DNA of 63,615 bases, counting the filler, from Licmophora abbreviata (Eukaryota): the NCBI GenBank assembly GCA_900291995.1. It is 11 parts of 11 records of this genome, joined end to end, with 100 filler letters (N's around TTAATTAATTAA, not from the genome) between each part and the next. Parts side by side here need not be neighbours in the genome. Positions count along the whole stretch, not along the records: positions 21,851 to 27,864 come from OLMU01001222.1; positions 27,965 to 33,947 come from OLMU01001223.1; positions 34,048 to 38,124 come from OLMU01001224.1; 8 more parts are not named here. One strand, 5' to 3'. The stretch's first letter is position 1. Every line of letters starts with the position of its first letter. Below the pieces are notes generated by a model. It had not been told where the DNA came from and searched no databases. It saw only the letters and a list, made by a program, of their open reading frames with translations. Both the position numbers and the translations under genes were made by a program. This document shows positions 23,308 to 36,233 of the stretch, in pieces.

Positions 23308-24360
23308 ATGTCTCCTGTAGTAGTGACGGCCAGTGACTCTTCCGCAATGGACGAGTCAGCAAGTGAAGGTAAGGAGTATCCATCGGTCTTTTTTGGTGCA
23401 GTCTTGTCGCGCGGAAGTATTGTACTTGTATGTCCCATGCCCGCTATTCTCTCACACACTGTCTTCGTTCACGCAGTGATATCGACGTCCTCGGAGGAGA
23501 CTACTACTAGCGAAACTCTTCGACTGGCACTACTGCAAGGTGTCTGGGCTCGATGTGGCTCCGCCATGTATCCAATCTGCACTCTCGACGGAAAACCTTT
23601 CGACGACGGCATGAACTTCAAGACCACTGCGTCGTCCTTGAAGAACAAGAGAAGAAAATTGGTAGTACGCGACAATCGAAAACGGTTCCTGGCAGTCGTC
23701 TGCAAGGAAGTGACTTCGTTGGTGTCGATTTTCAAGATATACAGTCCGATTCCGACATGTCCGGAACACAAGCCGGCCAAGAGGGTTTCCAAGTCCGATT
23801 TGGTTCTCTACGAGTGGGCGGAAGTCATCAGTGCCGCACATAAGGCAAATAACACCTTGGGGGTCTGGAATGGGACCGACTTTCATCCCTGTTTCACCAG
23901 TGAGAAAGAAGCAGGCAAGGTCATCCTTCGAAAACACGGACTACAGGCAGGGTCGATACAAAAGACAAAGGTCGACGACGACGCCACTGCTAGGAAAGGG
24001 ACGTGGACTCTCGAGATTCTCTTGGAGCAAGATGCTCTTCTCATGATTTGCTTTGCCGCGATTGTGGATGAACTAGAACAAGGTACAGCAGATGACCCCC
24101 AAGCGCTGCAGAAACAAGCCGAATCGGTCAGTGGGATGATCCGACGGAGTATGTTTGCTGGCGACAGCGAGTACCCTGTTGGCGCCCGCAATCAAATACC
24201 AAGGCGCCGATCGTCACTCGTCCCGACCAATTCTCAACCAAGACGATCTTCGTTGAGCATGTTGTCGGGTCACAGTGCAAAGTCAAGTCGAAGTATAAGT
24301 TCTGCAGATTCCTCGACCATGTCTCTGTGTGACTATCTGTCACAGCATAGCGCAACATGA
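23308..24360 (+). CDS. Hypothetical protein, possibly Tubby-C/LURP-one-like fold; probable intron about 23369-23476
   Basis: Long ORF ending in a beta-rich region and a terminal helix (DALLMICFAAIVDEL), then a Ser/Arg-rich tail. Start codon and fold are uncertain. Confidence 0.5.
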   Translation: MSPVVVTASDSSAMDESASEGKEYPSVFFGAVLSRGSIVLVCPMPAILSHTVFVHAVISTSSEETTTSETLRLALLQGVWARCGSAMYPICTLDGKPFDDGMNFKTTASSLKNKRRKLVVRDNRKRFLAVVCKEVTSLVSIFKIYSPIPTCPEHKPAKRVSKSDLVLYEWAEVISAAHKANNTLGVWNGTDFHPCFTSEKEAGKVILRKHGLQAGSIQKTKVDDDATARKGTWTLEILLEQDALLMICFAAIVDELEQGTADDPQALQKQAESVSGMIRRSMFAGDSEYPVGARNQIPRRRSSLVPTNSQPRRSSLSMLSGHSAKSSRSISSADSSTMSLCDYLSQHSAT

Positions 24361-24606
24361 GTAGGGTGGAAGAGGCTAGAGCGATGCAGTACGTGACAAA
24401 TATTATAGAAATGAATTATCGTCCTAAAGGCTTGCTGCGTACATAACAAATCAGCTGCAGGTCGATTGCAGCTGTCCCCAGAATACAAGCGCACAGCAGT
24501 ACCATTCAGTTGCCAAAACGATTCATCGTAGAACAAGCGAGCGCATATCGCGCGCTCGCCCAACATAACACATAGGCCACGGGCGACAAGAAGAACAATG
24601 AACGTC

Positions 24607-27157
24607 TTAATAGTTTCCTGTTGCTGGAGGGGGGTTCAATAGATCCTGAACAGTGTCCGGGGTGATCTCTTGAAAGATGGAAAGACCACGAGTATGGCTA
24701 GGCATCGGCAGTTGAGCCTGACGTTGAGCCGGAGGAAGGGACAAGTCATGATGCTTCTTGCACATTCCAGCAAGAATCGCCTGCTTCTGGCAACCTTCTC
24801 TGGTGCATAGCTTCTTCTTTGCGCCGTGGGCAATGCACCGTCCGCCCTGGACGGCAACCTTGTTACATCCCTCCGTTTCGCATCGTTTTCTTGCTGGTCC
24901 GTGAGCGCTGCAGAGACCAGCTTTCTTTACGTTCTTGGTACACCTGTAAAACATAGAAGACGATTAGCAACTCTGCGAGAACAGGCGACGACGGAGTGTG
25001 TACAGTGTCAAACTTACCCTGGATGCTTGCAGTGCTTCCGCTTCGCTCCGTGGGAGATGCAGAGACCACCTTGGACGACACGATTTCCGCACCCTTCAAC
25101 AATGCACTTTCGACGCACCCGCTTGCTGGTTCCTCCGGTGGCTAGTTTGCTTACAGGTTGACATACTGTTGACATTTCTGCTATCGCCTGTGGTGGAGGA
25201 CCTCTTCTGTAGCCGTGCGCCTGCGAGCGAACTGGAGAGTAGCCGTATCCTGGATTGGCGCCATGTGGAGGGTACGCTCCCACTTTTACATCGGCATACA
25301 AAAAAGTTGAATGAGTGAGTGAAAGGAGAAGAAGGACACAGTAGACAAGAAAGAGAAGAAGAATACACATACCTGGTCCTGGAGCCGCAACTGCCTGCAT
25401 AAAGGCTTCGTTGGTCAGCGGCTGGTCCTCCAAGTAGTTGAGGAACGACGCCGTTGACGAAGTTTTGCGGTGGTGACCTTTCTGCTTGTCCTCCAGCAAG
25501 AAAGAGATACTTGACGACGTGGAACGGTGGTGCCTGCCTTTACGCGACGGATCAGGTTGCGGTGTTGGCTTGGGATGACCGGCACCAGCCACCTGCCGAT
25601 CGGGGAAGACACCCGCAGAGCCTATCATGGTACTGAGACTTCCAAACGAAGGCATCCGTTGGTGATGAGATACTGAGGATGGAATGGGAGCAGGGGGATT
25701 GATCGCTGCCCCAGGATCGGTGTTGGTGCTTGCTGTCCGAGTGATAGGAGCTGAATGGATAACCTTGTTCCCGTCGCCAACGTCAATGGCCGTAACCATC
25801 GTCTGCGCCCCAGTGGTGACGCCGGAGTGCTCCAGCAGAGGCAGATTCCTCCAGGGATGCATATCATTCTCAACCCTTCCTCCATTTGCCTGCGCTAGCT
25901 GCTCGGGCGGTGGGGAGTGCAACATTGGCTGTTGGGGCAAAGGCGCCGCTTGGAACGCCCCCTTGTGATACGATGCACCACTAGCACCTCGAGACGGTGC
26001 ATACTGGACAGGATACGATGTTGGGTGTCCCTGAAGCATGCCACGTTGGTGGTGATATGACGGAGGCGGCGGCAGCCCTGGATGGTAGTAGTGAGCCTGC
26101 GGATGATACGAAGTCGGTGGGTGTCCATGATACGGGCCGGATGGAGGCGGACCCTGGTAGCCTGAGGGACGCGCCTGGGGTATCTGGTGATGCCGTGGTC
26201 CTCCATAGGCAGGAGGCTGCCCATGGCGCGAATAGTCGTACGATCCTGCGCTCACAGCCGAGGGTGACATTCGGAATTGCGCTTCCACCGGCGATGATCG
26301 TTGTGGCATCTGAGTCTCGCTGGACGGAGGCTCCCACGGTGCAGACACGCAGGTGCCCCCCGAGCCCCCGCAGCGACAGCCAAGTCTTCCTTGGATACAG
26401 TGGCAGCAGCAGACAGCATATCAAGGCCCGAAGAAGTCCTGCGGTGATGGGCCCCACGCGGCGGAGCGTATACAGGACGACGTTCTTCATAAGGGGCCAT
26501 AGAGCGATCCACTTGTACCGAATTCCCAGTCGAGTTCATACGACGATGTGCATTCGGAGGGTTCAACATGTCCTCTGAGTGCCCGCGATGATGCTTCTGC
26601 CCCGCGCTCGGAGGAGAAGGGGGCTCCATTGCCGGGTCTTCACCAGGTGGAGGCATTTCCGGCTTGGCAACGTCTGTCTCGACATGCGGGGAGAGTTCCG
26701 AAGGATTCTGCACGCGAGATGATGCCTGCTGCACAGGATAGATACCTTGCTCACTGAATCGAAGGCCTTCGTAGAACTGCGATGACAAATTGCGAGCATG
26801 GCCACGGCCCTCCGACACGACGTCAGCCGACTCTGTTGACTGCGTCATCGGCGCACCATCGCGACGATCAGGGCTCATTGCAGCCGGGTCTTGTTCCTTG
26901 GAAGACTCTGAAACAGGATGATTCCCTTGTTTGAGACTAAAGGCGTCGACCGTTCCAAAGGATGGTTGCACGACGATGGTCCGTACATCACCATCCGCTG
27001 TCGTTTGATAGCGTGACCTGTCGTGATCGTCGACGGCCACACGCTCTTCCGAGACGTTTCGAACATCCGTAGGTGGCGGCGTCAACGGCATCATGAGGTC
27101 GTCCGCAGTCAGACTGCGAATCGGAGGAGTGTTGTGGTTCGCCCCTTGTCTCTGCAT
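24607..27157 (-). CDS. WRKY19-like Zn-finger repeat protein (putative transcription factor); introns 24944-25017 and 25283-25372; frameshift near 26360
   Basis: Four C-x4-C...C-x2-H repeats (CIVEGCGNRVVQGGLCISHG, CKHPGCTKNVKKAGLCSAHG, CETEGCNKVAVQGGRCIAHG, CTREGCQKQAILAGMCKKH) after a long Pro/Ser/His-rich region. Start uncertain. Confidence 0.75.
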
Positions 27158-28293
27158 CCAGCAAGCAGAGTGTACGACGGATGTCCGTAAGTGAGAAGAG
27201 GTCCTATGAAATTGTGAGCCACGACAGTCGATCACGGCGACGTTCCAGATGATCAAACAAGGGAGTACCCACGGCGAAGAGGGTTCCTCGTCAAGGTGCT
27301 GAACAAATCAAACAGAAGCAAAGTGAGAGAGAAATTTCGCAAGCACATACAAGGAGCGTGTACATGACCATGGTGCTTGGCCCATCACGGTCGTGCATGT
27401 GGCGAAAAATTTAGCTTATTCTGCTGCCAGGCGTGCGTGAAGCGGAACAAACGTCACACATCTATTTCACCACGGCGCTGACCTTTCTCGCTCTGCTTCT
27501 TATATCCTCCAATGACCGTCGCCACCAACATCGCATTCCAGTCGTGATAAGACAGAAAAGGACTTACCAGTCTCCGCGATCAAGTGAGTCTCCGATGGAC
27601 CCCTCGAGGTTGCGAGAGACGAATTTTGTGAGACGAGTTTATGGTGCTCCTTTGTACTCATCCTCATGTAAGAATGTACGTAGGAGGAATTGGGAATTTT
27701 GCCAACTCCGCGGGTGGAGTATCAGCGATAAGCGTATGATTGTCCTCAATTCCGTTGAAGCGAACACAACGACTCCGCATTGTTCAGGTGGAATTCTGCC
27801 AAAAGGACCGACAGTATCGATATTTTTGTTTTATCGGGACCCTCAGATTCCGTGAAGCCTATTTNNNNNNNNNNNNNNNNNNNNNNNNNNNNNNNNNNNN
27901 NNNNNNNNTTAATTAATTAANNNNNNNNNNNNNNNNNNNNNNNNNNNNNNNNNNNNNNNNNNNNAATATTTGAAGTGTTTTATTCTAAACAATAGGTGTC
28001 CTGTATGATCGAGTTTTGGATTATTCCTGAAAGTTGTTTGAGGAATAGAAATTTCAAAAAAATATCATGACTGTTGATATCGTATCATGTTTATTCAAGC
28101 ACGTAGTATAAATTCATATATGATGGGACTACATTCATGATGTTTCAGTCGGCATGCACGACTCCGCATAGTTCTTGCGAACCATCAAGCAAGCCGAGGC
28201 GCTGTTTCACCATTCCGAGCGGACTGCGTCGGTTACAGATGTATACGGTGGTCCAACGATACCTACTTCGACCTATTGACTCACTCCAGTCGC

Positions 28294-29499
28294 TCAACTT
28301 CCCATGGTCTCGCCCTGCGCAACAGCCGAGTCCTGGATCAACCCTGGCAGCCAGGCAGGATCCTTCAACCTTTGCCTCTGGATCACCACGAGCGCTGCAA
28401 TCGCAGACCGTACCTTACTCATACCACCAGTAGCATGGATCGGTCGCGCCGTCATTTGTTTCCAGTCTACCAAAGAAAGGGCTGCGGCAGGAATCGTTTG
28501 CAATGACGAGCCTGATACTATCGTTTCGTCACGACCGCCGAGACCTTCCTCATCTTGACTTCTTGGAGTCACCGAGGAATTGCTGTTGAGCAGTCGATGG
28601 CCGGCAGGGCTTGTCAACTGACCTAGGCTGGTTGATCGTGTCGTATCCAAGTGTGCTTGTATTGTCTGACTTTGAGAGTAAGCCTCTTGCGTCTGACTAG
28701 CAGAGGACGGACACTGCGGAAGCGACAACATCGACGATACGACACTGCAGGCACCATCATCCGAGTCAATTGCAACCTCATTTCCAAGCCGAGACTCCTC
28801 CTCTGGTGGAGTCTCGGGTACAATCACACGCTTCCTGACTGGCAACTCGCAAGCGGAGCATTCCTGTTCGCCCCGTTTTTTAAAAGAGTTTGTAAACTGC
28901 AGTCGTCGTTTCGGACTGCTGCGTGCTCCTTCCGACGAATCTTGCTTTGCATGCCGCTTCTTTGGAAGGCGAGACACGATTTCCGTGCCTGGCGTCACGA
29001 CCCGCGTCTTCTTGGATGCGTGTGGTGGCAAGTTCGTCATCGAGGATACGACCTGCTGCACTCGAAACTCCATCCACGGCTCAGGCTCCGTTCCAATTGA
29101 AATGACGTCTCCTACTTGCAATGACAGCGCCGCTTCTGTATGACTTTTCTCCTCGTTCCACCAGTCGCAGGCATGATTATTGACATGGACTAGATTTCGA
29201 TTCTTGTGCGTCAGGAAACAAACACGTCCATCCACATCAATTTGGAGCAGCCTCTTCGAAAGCGACGTGACGTTCTGTCCGACTCGACGACACCTCCGAC
29301 ATGGTCTCTTGTCGTCGTTCTTATTTTGTTGCAACGCAGTTGAATAGACAGTGTTGTCTTCATATTCCGACGCATTCCTTCTACACGGACACGTGTCCCA
29401 CCACCACGAGGCCAGTTCACGGCGTCCCAGAGTGCAGGGAAAGGAGTGTGCTGCTGCGGATCCTGAGTTCGTTCCTTGGTGCAAAGGAATCAGTTCCAT
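28294..29499 (-). CDS. Hypothetical protein with N-terminal FHA-like domain
   Basis: 401-aa ORF with pattern TLGR...SLSK...VHVN...LQVGDVISIG...EFRV, then a low-complexity SQ/TQ- and K/R-rich region. Confidence 0.55.
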   Translation of the reverse strand: MELIPLHQGTNSGSAAAHSFPCTLGRRELASWWWDTCPCRRNASEYEDNTVYSTALQQNKNDDKRPCRRCRRVGQNVTSLSKRLLQIDVDGRVCFLTHKNRNLVHVNNHACDWWNEEKSHTEAALSLQVGDVISIGTEPEPWMEFRVQQVVSSMTNLPPHASKKTRVVTPGTEIVSRLPKKRHAKQDSSEGARSSPKRRLQFTNSFKKRGEQECSACELPVRKRVIVPETPPEEESRLGNEVAIDSDDGACSVVSSMLSLPQCPSSASQTQEAYSQSQTIQAHLDTTRSTSLGQLTSPAGHRLLNSNSSVTPRSQDEEGLGGRDETIVSGSSLQTIPAAALSLVDWKQMTARPIHATGGMSKVRSAIAALVVIQRQRLKDPAWLPGLIQDSAVAQGETMGS

Positions 29500-29829
29500 T
29501 CTTATTTTCTTTTAAAAAAATGTAAATCAACTTTTAGTGGGCGTGATTGAGCTTTGAAAGTAATGACCGAATGCTATGGTGTGGGTGAAATAAGGAGCAT
29601 CGTGATACAATATCTCATCGTCTCATCCAGTTTGGAACGCCTTTTGCGTCGCTGATTTTCTGTTTTGGAGTTCGGCGCTCGGGTCGGTGTTCGCGTTCGA
29701 CGTCACGCTGGACAGCATGGATGATGGATGCGCCTCGCGGTTCGCCGACCACGATGACAGCATTACTAGTATTCGGTTCCTGGGCCATTATTTCGTCACC
29801 CTCGTTCTCTCCCTCTGCTCATAAGAAGT

Positions 29830-32800
29830 ATGAATTTCATTGCCCAGGTGGAAGAGCACTTGCGAGATTTGGGGTCGGAAGCTCGAAAGAAGCACCCCGG
29901 TACGTTTCAAAATTGAGAATAAAAAGGGGGGTCATCCTCCGCAAGAATGAAGACATAGAGCACACTGCTCGAGTTCTCGGTCTCACTGACTCTCTGTCTC
30001 TCACACATTCGTACTTCTCTGATTGGAACTACCGTAATCAAACTGTAGGAGTCAAAGAAGCTAGTGAACGAGCCATATTGCAATTGCGTGCCCTGCAAAA
30101 TCAGTACGTTACAGCCGTCCGAAAGGCCACACAGAGCGGCAGTACGCACCCCACCACGTCTCTCTTTCGCTCCCAAGATATACTGAGGCCATTTCTACTA
30201 GCATGCAACTATCCCAATGCCAGTCAACGACTGCTATGGATATCACTCGATGCCTTTTCGCTCCTTATCAAAGGAAATGCCATCAACCCGGACGATGGGA
30301 TACATATGATTCGTGTATGGACGATTCAAGCCAATGTCTGTGCGAGCAACTTGGGTGGGAGGAATCATGCAAATAAGAGTGCGGCTAGTACCAAGAGCAG
30401 TGGCTCAGAAGCGGCTCTAGACGGAGGGAACGGGCATGGTGCTTCAGGGGCGGCGACAACCACGTCTACTAGTTCTTGGTTTGGATGGTCCTCCAGCACG
30501 ACGACCAGCACTAGTGCTGCTGCCACGACACCATCCACAGCACCAGCCTCGACTTTTCAAAATGACGTTTCCTCCTCTTCGGGTGCCGCTGGAGGAAGTC
30601 ACAGTCCCAAGAAAGACAGTGAGCGAATCGCACTCGAGCTATTGTCGCTCCTCATTCAGTTTCTCGAATTGCGAGAGTGGCCACAGGAGACAACGGCCCG
30701 AGACGAGCTCTTTACCGCCAGTGTCAATCTGTGTTGCATCTTGTTGCAAATTCAATCGCAACAACACCATTCTACATCTACAGGTTCTTCCACTCATCAC
30801 AACAAGCAAAGCGTGGTTCATCAGGCGGCCAAATCAACCTTGCACCAAGTACTGAATCTGTTGGTGGAAACAAGTTTGCACGACTATACGTGGGCCACAT
30901 GGAAGGATCTTTTGGGACTTGGCAGCACGAGGACGACTCGAACGAGGAATGCTGAGGAGGCTGGTAAGGTTCTAGTTTTGACGGGTGCATTCCAGCAGTG
31001 CGCTGTGGATACGCAGCATCTGACGGGACCGCCGCCGCCAACACCGGCCGCATGTCTGGAACTGTTGCATTCTATATGGATTACCACCACCACTACAACC
31101 CTTACATTACGCTCACATGAAACGAGTTGGAAGGACCATGAAGCACTCTTGACAAAGACAGTATCGCTGGTACAGGAAAATTTGAGTAGCAATAGCCCAG
31201 AGACGTCCCTGGAAGTCTCCTGGAGGAGTTCACAGCTAGCGTGTGCACTTTTGACCATGGAAAATCCCAGGCTATCCAGCGACCAAGTGGATACGCTACT
31301 GCAGATACTAGTGCAGAGCATTGTACGAGCAACCGAGGCGTGTCGGAACAATCATGACTTTGAAGATGGCTTTGTCTATCACAGTGGAAGCGTTCATGTC
31401 GTCGAAAAGAAGAAGAATCATCACGTTCACACATTGATTCCAGAAACGCTCCTATGGAAAGCGGGACTAGCCCTGGAAACGTTACATGTCTTGTTTTCAT
31501 CACCGATCACAGTGCAGGATACGACTCTGGTGGCGATTGTGGTAGAAGCGGTTAGTGACTTTGCCACGATTGGTGCTAGTTGTCGTGACCACATGATACA
31601 GTTGCTGGAGTTCTGCGAACGACAGAGTGAGACGCACACGCTCTTTCACAAGGCCGAGCAGCACGTCCTGATATCCAACGGCAAGATCGAAATCACAGGC
31701 GATTCTCTGTGGACTGCCTTTCAGACGGTCTTGCAGGTGGCCAAGACTACATTTGATGCTCCTGTCTTTGCACCCACTCTAGCAATGTTGCAGCACTACT
31801 TGAAACGATTTCCCGGCTCGTCGAAATTGGTAAGACACACCTTGGACGGGTATGTAGATCTGGCTCATTCTTCCATCCCGAACGATGAGTTGCAACGAAA
31901 GGCATTGCTTGCCTCCTTGTGCAAATTGTCGTTACCCTCTTGGGGCAAGCACGACTCTTCCTGGTAAGTGGGTCCCGTGGAGCCGTAGCAGTGCGTTCCT
32001 ACGTGTTATCTGTCCCTCACTCTGGCGTTTGCTGTCCTGAAATGCCCATCTATGATTGCAGTCAGCTGGAGGATCACCATGTGGAAGCATTGGTGTGCTT
32101 GCTGAAAATCATTCACAAGCACCACGATGAAATCAGATCGGAGTGGCATATTGTGTTAAGAACATTCGAAGAGCTGTCAATGTTGTCTATTGCCTCCCCC
32201 CAGTTGTCGGAGGACGGGTATGTTGCAGCCCTGGCGATTTCTGCGACATACGCTCGAATTGCGCCACTTTCTACATGCTTGTCGAATGAGTCGCTCAAAT
32301 GCCTGGTGGACGCGTTGGCGGACACAGCCATGGCGTCGTTGGAGAAGCGTGGGATTCTATCCGATGGCGAAAGGCCCTTAGAGCCGAGCCGCCCAGACGA
32401 ATCGGACCATCGGAGGAAGATGTCTACATCCGGTTCAGAATACAGCGCTCCATCGATCGGAGGAAAGCTCATGAGCTTTGCGGGCCGAACATTGCTGGGC
32501 AGTCCATCCACAGAGACTGCCGATACCGACGATAATGACGTGGCAGTCGTCTCCCGAACGAGGAATACTTACTACGGAGACTATCGAAAAGATTTCTTGA
32601 ATCGACTAGGGACGTCCAAGCGGGCTGTGCGAAATGATGTCATCAGCAAGCTTCCGTTTTCCGTGATTGTATTGACGGATGTGGCATTGGCCAACCTCCA
32701 TCGGTACCGCAGCTGCGGGAGAAACATCTCGGCTCACCTATGCACCCTGGCATCAATGTCGAAGGATATTCGCGTGTACGCAATGGACACGCTGGCACTG

Positions 32801-35800
32801 CTTATCACATCTCAGCTGCTGAATGAGCCCGCCATTCCATCTCCTTCCTCTGGACCTGGTCGAATCTTGTCTGAGAATCCAAACAAGAATGAGTACTTCG
32901 TGGTAGAGGAGTTGGAAGGCTCAACGGAAGTTTCTGATGAGCCAGGAACGGAGTTGATGGCGCTATCTCAGGTCGACCTTGTCGGACCTCTCTGTGACAC
33001 AATTCGAGCTGCTGAATCTGCAGATGTCGCAGAAGCTGTCATATCAGCGTTGCATTCCATACTTGAAGGAGTCGGGCATCATTTGACGGGCGACGTGTGG
33101 ACAGTGGTCGTTGAATCAGTTTCGTCCTTGTCTGGTGATGCTTCTTTCTCTCGCGACGTTTCACCTCTTAGATCAGGGAGCGAATGGTCCGCCTGTAGTA
33201 TCCTTGCGTTTCGTTGTGTAAAGCTGATCGTCGATGACTTCCTTCACCAACTTCCTTTGCCATCCGAGACTCCTTCCGAGTCTCGGAATGCACTGCTGGA
33301 TTGCTGCTTCTACTTTGGCGCCGCTCGTCATGACGTAAACACCTCGCTCACAGCTATTGGCTTGCTTTGGAGCATCGCCGATCAAGACAATAACTCGTGG
33401 TCAATCGACGTAAGTGGGTCGTTTGCTCGTTTATCCCATCGTGTACGATAAAACAGATTCCCTTTATGACTGATCTTCGCTCTCCCTCGTTCTCTTCCTG
33501 TTCTGCAGCGAGCGCTTTCAAGACTCGTACTGCTCTCGGTCGACGACAGGGTTGAGGTGAGTATTCCCAGCGATTATCGAAATACCAATATCATTGTGCG
33601 TTGTCTCATACTTCCTGATCGCTGGTCCTAGGTTCGTAACTGCGCCATTAATACGTTGTTCTCATGCGTCGTTGGGCGTGGACAGGACTTCACGCCTCTA
33701 CAATGGGAGAAATGCATATGCGAGACCATTTTCGGGGTTTACGACCGAGTTCTTTCGAAAGGCAGCGAGACGGAAGCTGATTCTTCGCCGGAGGGTACCG
33801 GTACGACTTCGACTGATGCAGCGTCGCGGTACAAGGTTTCTGTCCACCACAGTCGCGACTCCACCGGAAAGCAGTGGGCCACAACAGAAGTGATGGTTCT
33901 CAGAGGCTTGACACGTGTCCTCCGGAACTTTTTTGATCAAATACTTGNNNNNNNNNNNNNNNNNNNNNNNNNNNNNNNNNNNNNNNNNNNNTTAATTAAT
34001 TAANNNNNNNNNNNNNNNNNNNNNNNNNNNNNNNNNNNNNNNNNNNNGACGACGCGTGGACGAGAATCCTTGATTACGCGTCTGACGCTGCGTGCCAGGT
34101 TGGATCACGTGAAACTCTCGACATCAGGATCACGGGAGTTGAGCTGCTCGTCTTGTGCGCTCAGTTGTCTTGTAGATCCGGGATTCATGCTGCAATCACT
34201 CCGGCGAGGGTAGGCACTAATATGGAAGTTGTCAATGGAGCCCTTCGGAGTGTCCGTGACTCGAATAGCAGAACGCAGGAAAGACTCAACGAGATGAATT
34301 CAGGAGAAGAACAACATCGGGAACATCTCTTTCTTGAAGCCTTTGATGGGCTGGAGGCATTTCAGCACCAACTAGATGGAGATGAAACCGAAGAGCTAAG
34401 TAGCTCACCCTATGTCGACACTGTGCAAGTTCAGGTTCTTCACAAGCTCTCTCTTGGCCTCAGCAAGCTGTACGATTGCTGTCAAAATGATGAACTCTCC
34501 CCAGAACGGCCGACAAACAGCCAACGCGGGCCTGCCCATGTGCAGTTCTACCTTGGACTGGAAACTGCGGTAACGTTTCACATAGACGACCTCGAAGGTA
34601 GATTTGTTCACTTTGTTGCGACGATTGCACGAAAGGCAGTGAGTGACCCATCTGCTCGGTTTTTGACCCAGGCACAGCGCACGGCATATGAACTGCTTCG
34701 ATCTATGGTATCCAAGTCATCCGACGAGGCCCTTCGCGTTCTTGCGTCACTAGGGGGGAACTCATTTTTCTGGTATGTTGTGCAAGCAGGCTACTTAAAT
34801 AGTGAAACCTGTTGTAATGTGTGCTAACATTCGCTCCTCCGTTCATTCTTGCCATGATAGGGACGTTCGAAAAGAAGGCAATGAGGTGGACCAAAGCGTT
34901 CCAGGTGGATCGAACCCAAGTGAGAACTTAGCCTACAGTTTGCCTTCGATGATCCGTCGACTCGATTCAGCACGTCACTTACTAGTGTTTAACTTTAACT
35001 CTTTGCGCAGGCGCTGAGCTGTTAAGCCGCGAAGCCGCAACAGTGGTCGCTGAAGAAATTACTAGCGATTCTCTCTCTGATGAGACGAGGGTGCAGGTTC
35101 TCTGTCGCGTCCTATCTGCCTACGTGTCCGAAACGGATAACGATGGGTGGAGAGTTGAGACTGCACAGCGGAGAGATCATCATCGCAAGCGGTGCTACAA
35201 GCTGCTGTTGCCTGTCATGGAGGCAGGCCTTCGAAGTGCTGAACATCTCGAGAGTTCGATGCTGAGAGAGGAAGACATGCGTGATGACGTTGTTCAGCTC
35301 TTGGACTTACTTTGGGAGAAAGTGTTAAGCTCTCTGTCTCAAATGTTATCACCGATTCAGAGCTCGGCTCACAAACCGTACATTCCAAGAGTCTCAAGCC
35401 TGCTTGAATTGCTGGCGACGACTGTACCTTTTGTACCTGAGAGAATGCTGGGCGACTTCGGCGCCATCTTGTCTGCGGCAGCGACCAAATCATTGGAAGT
35501 GTCGAAAGTCAACGCCGAAGCCGTTGACCAATCTAGGGATTCCGAGGCGGCGCGAAAAGCGACGAAGCGGTCTGAGGAGGCCCAAAAAGTATTTCATGTT
35601 TGTCTTTCTGGTCTTTGTGGGCTCCAACCAAAAGGGCGAACGTTGGAGCTGCTCGTTGCAAGTGCGCTTGGCTCCGCCATCGCGTCGACGGGCACGAGCC
35701 TGTCTGATCTCCCCATGAACAGAAGCGACGGAAGCTTTAAAGTTGCCATGCTCGTATGTGAAACTATCGAACAAAATGATCAAATGGAATCGTTAGTGAT

Positions 35801-36062
35801 TGCCGTCTTTCCCTTGCTATGCAAACTGATCACGTCGGATCACGCCGAGCTACGACGTGAGGTAGGCAAGATTTTGAGCAATGTGGATATCGGAGGAGCC
35901 TTGCATGAAGCCACGACGAGGCGCCGCGAGGCTGAAGAACGAGTGCAAGAGCTTAGGCGCCAGAATGAGGAGCTTCTCGACATCGTCGACGAGCTACGAG
36001 AGGAGAGCGAATCTCTTCAGCAACAGATTGCTGTGTACAGTACGTCTAGCGCGCTGACTTGA
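29830..36062 (+). CDS. MON2: MON2 (Arf-GEF-like endosome/Golgi scaffold); multi-exon; spans a gap
   Basis: Spliced N-terminus MNFIAQVEEHLRDLGSEARKKHPGVKEASERAI (intron 29900-30048). Also LRPFLLAC, LAFRCVKLIVDDFL, DVNTSLTAIGLLW, EVRNCAINTLFS and VHHSRDSTGKQWATT. Confidence 0.85.
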
Positions 36063-36233
36063 TGTTGTTTTGAAATGTCTCTCTTCACCTTTCGAAGATT
36101 GGACGCATCTAGCTAGGTCTAGATTGAGCTCTAACACACAATAGATCCAATGAACAAATGTTGTAATATGTAAAAGTTGAAGTGCAGAGCATCGTCTGAC
36201 GTGGTGGAGCCTTCGCGACCCGCCCCTGTCGAA

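Noticed and set aside
27567..27667. Upstream coding exon for the Zn-finger gene
   Set aside because: A GT donor is present, but splicing to the acceptor near 27300 gives an immediate stop. At most it is a 5' UTR exon or uORF.
27965..28140. AT-rich patch next to a gap, possible MITE end
   Set aside because: No terminal inverted repeat or target duplication is visible.
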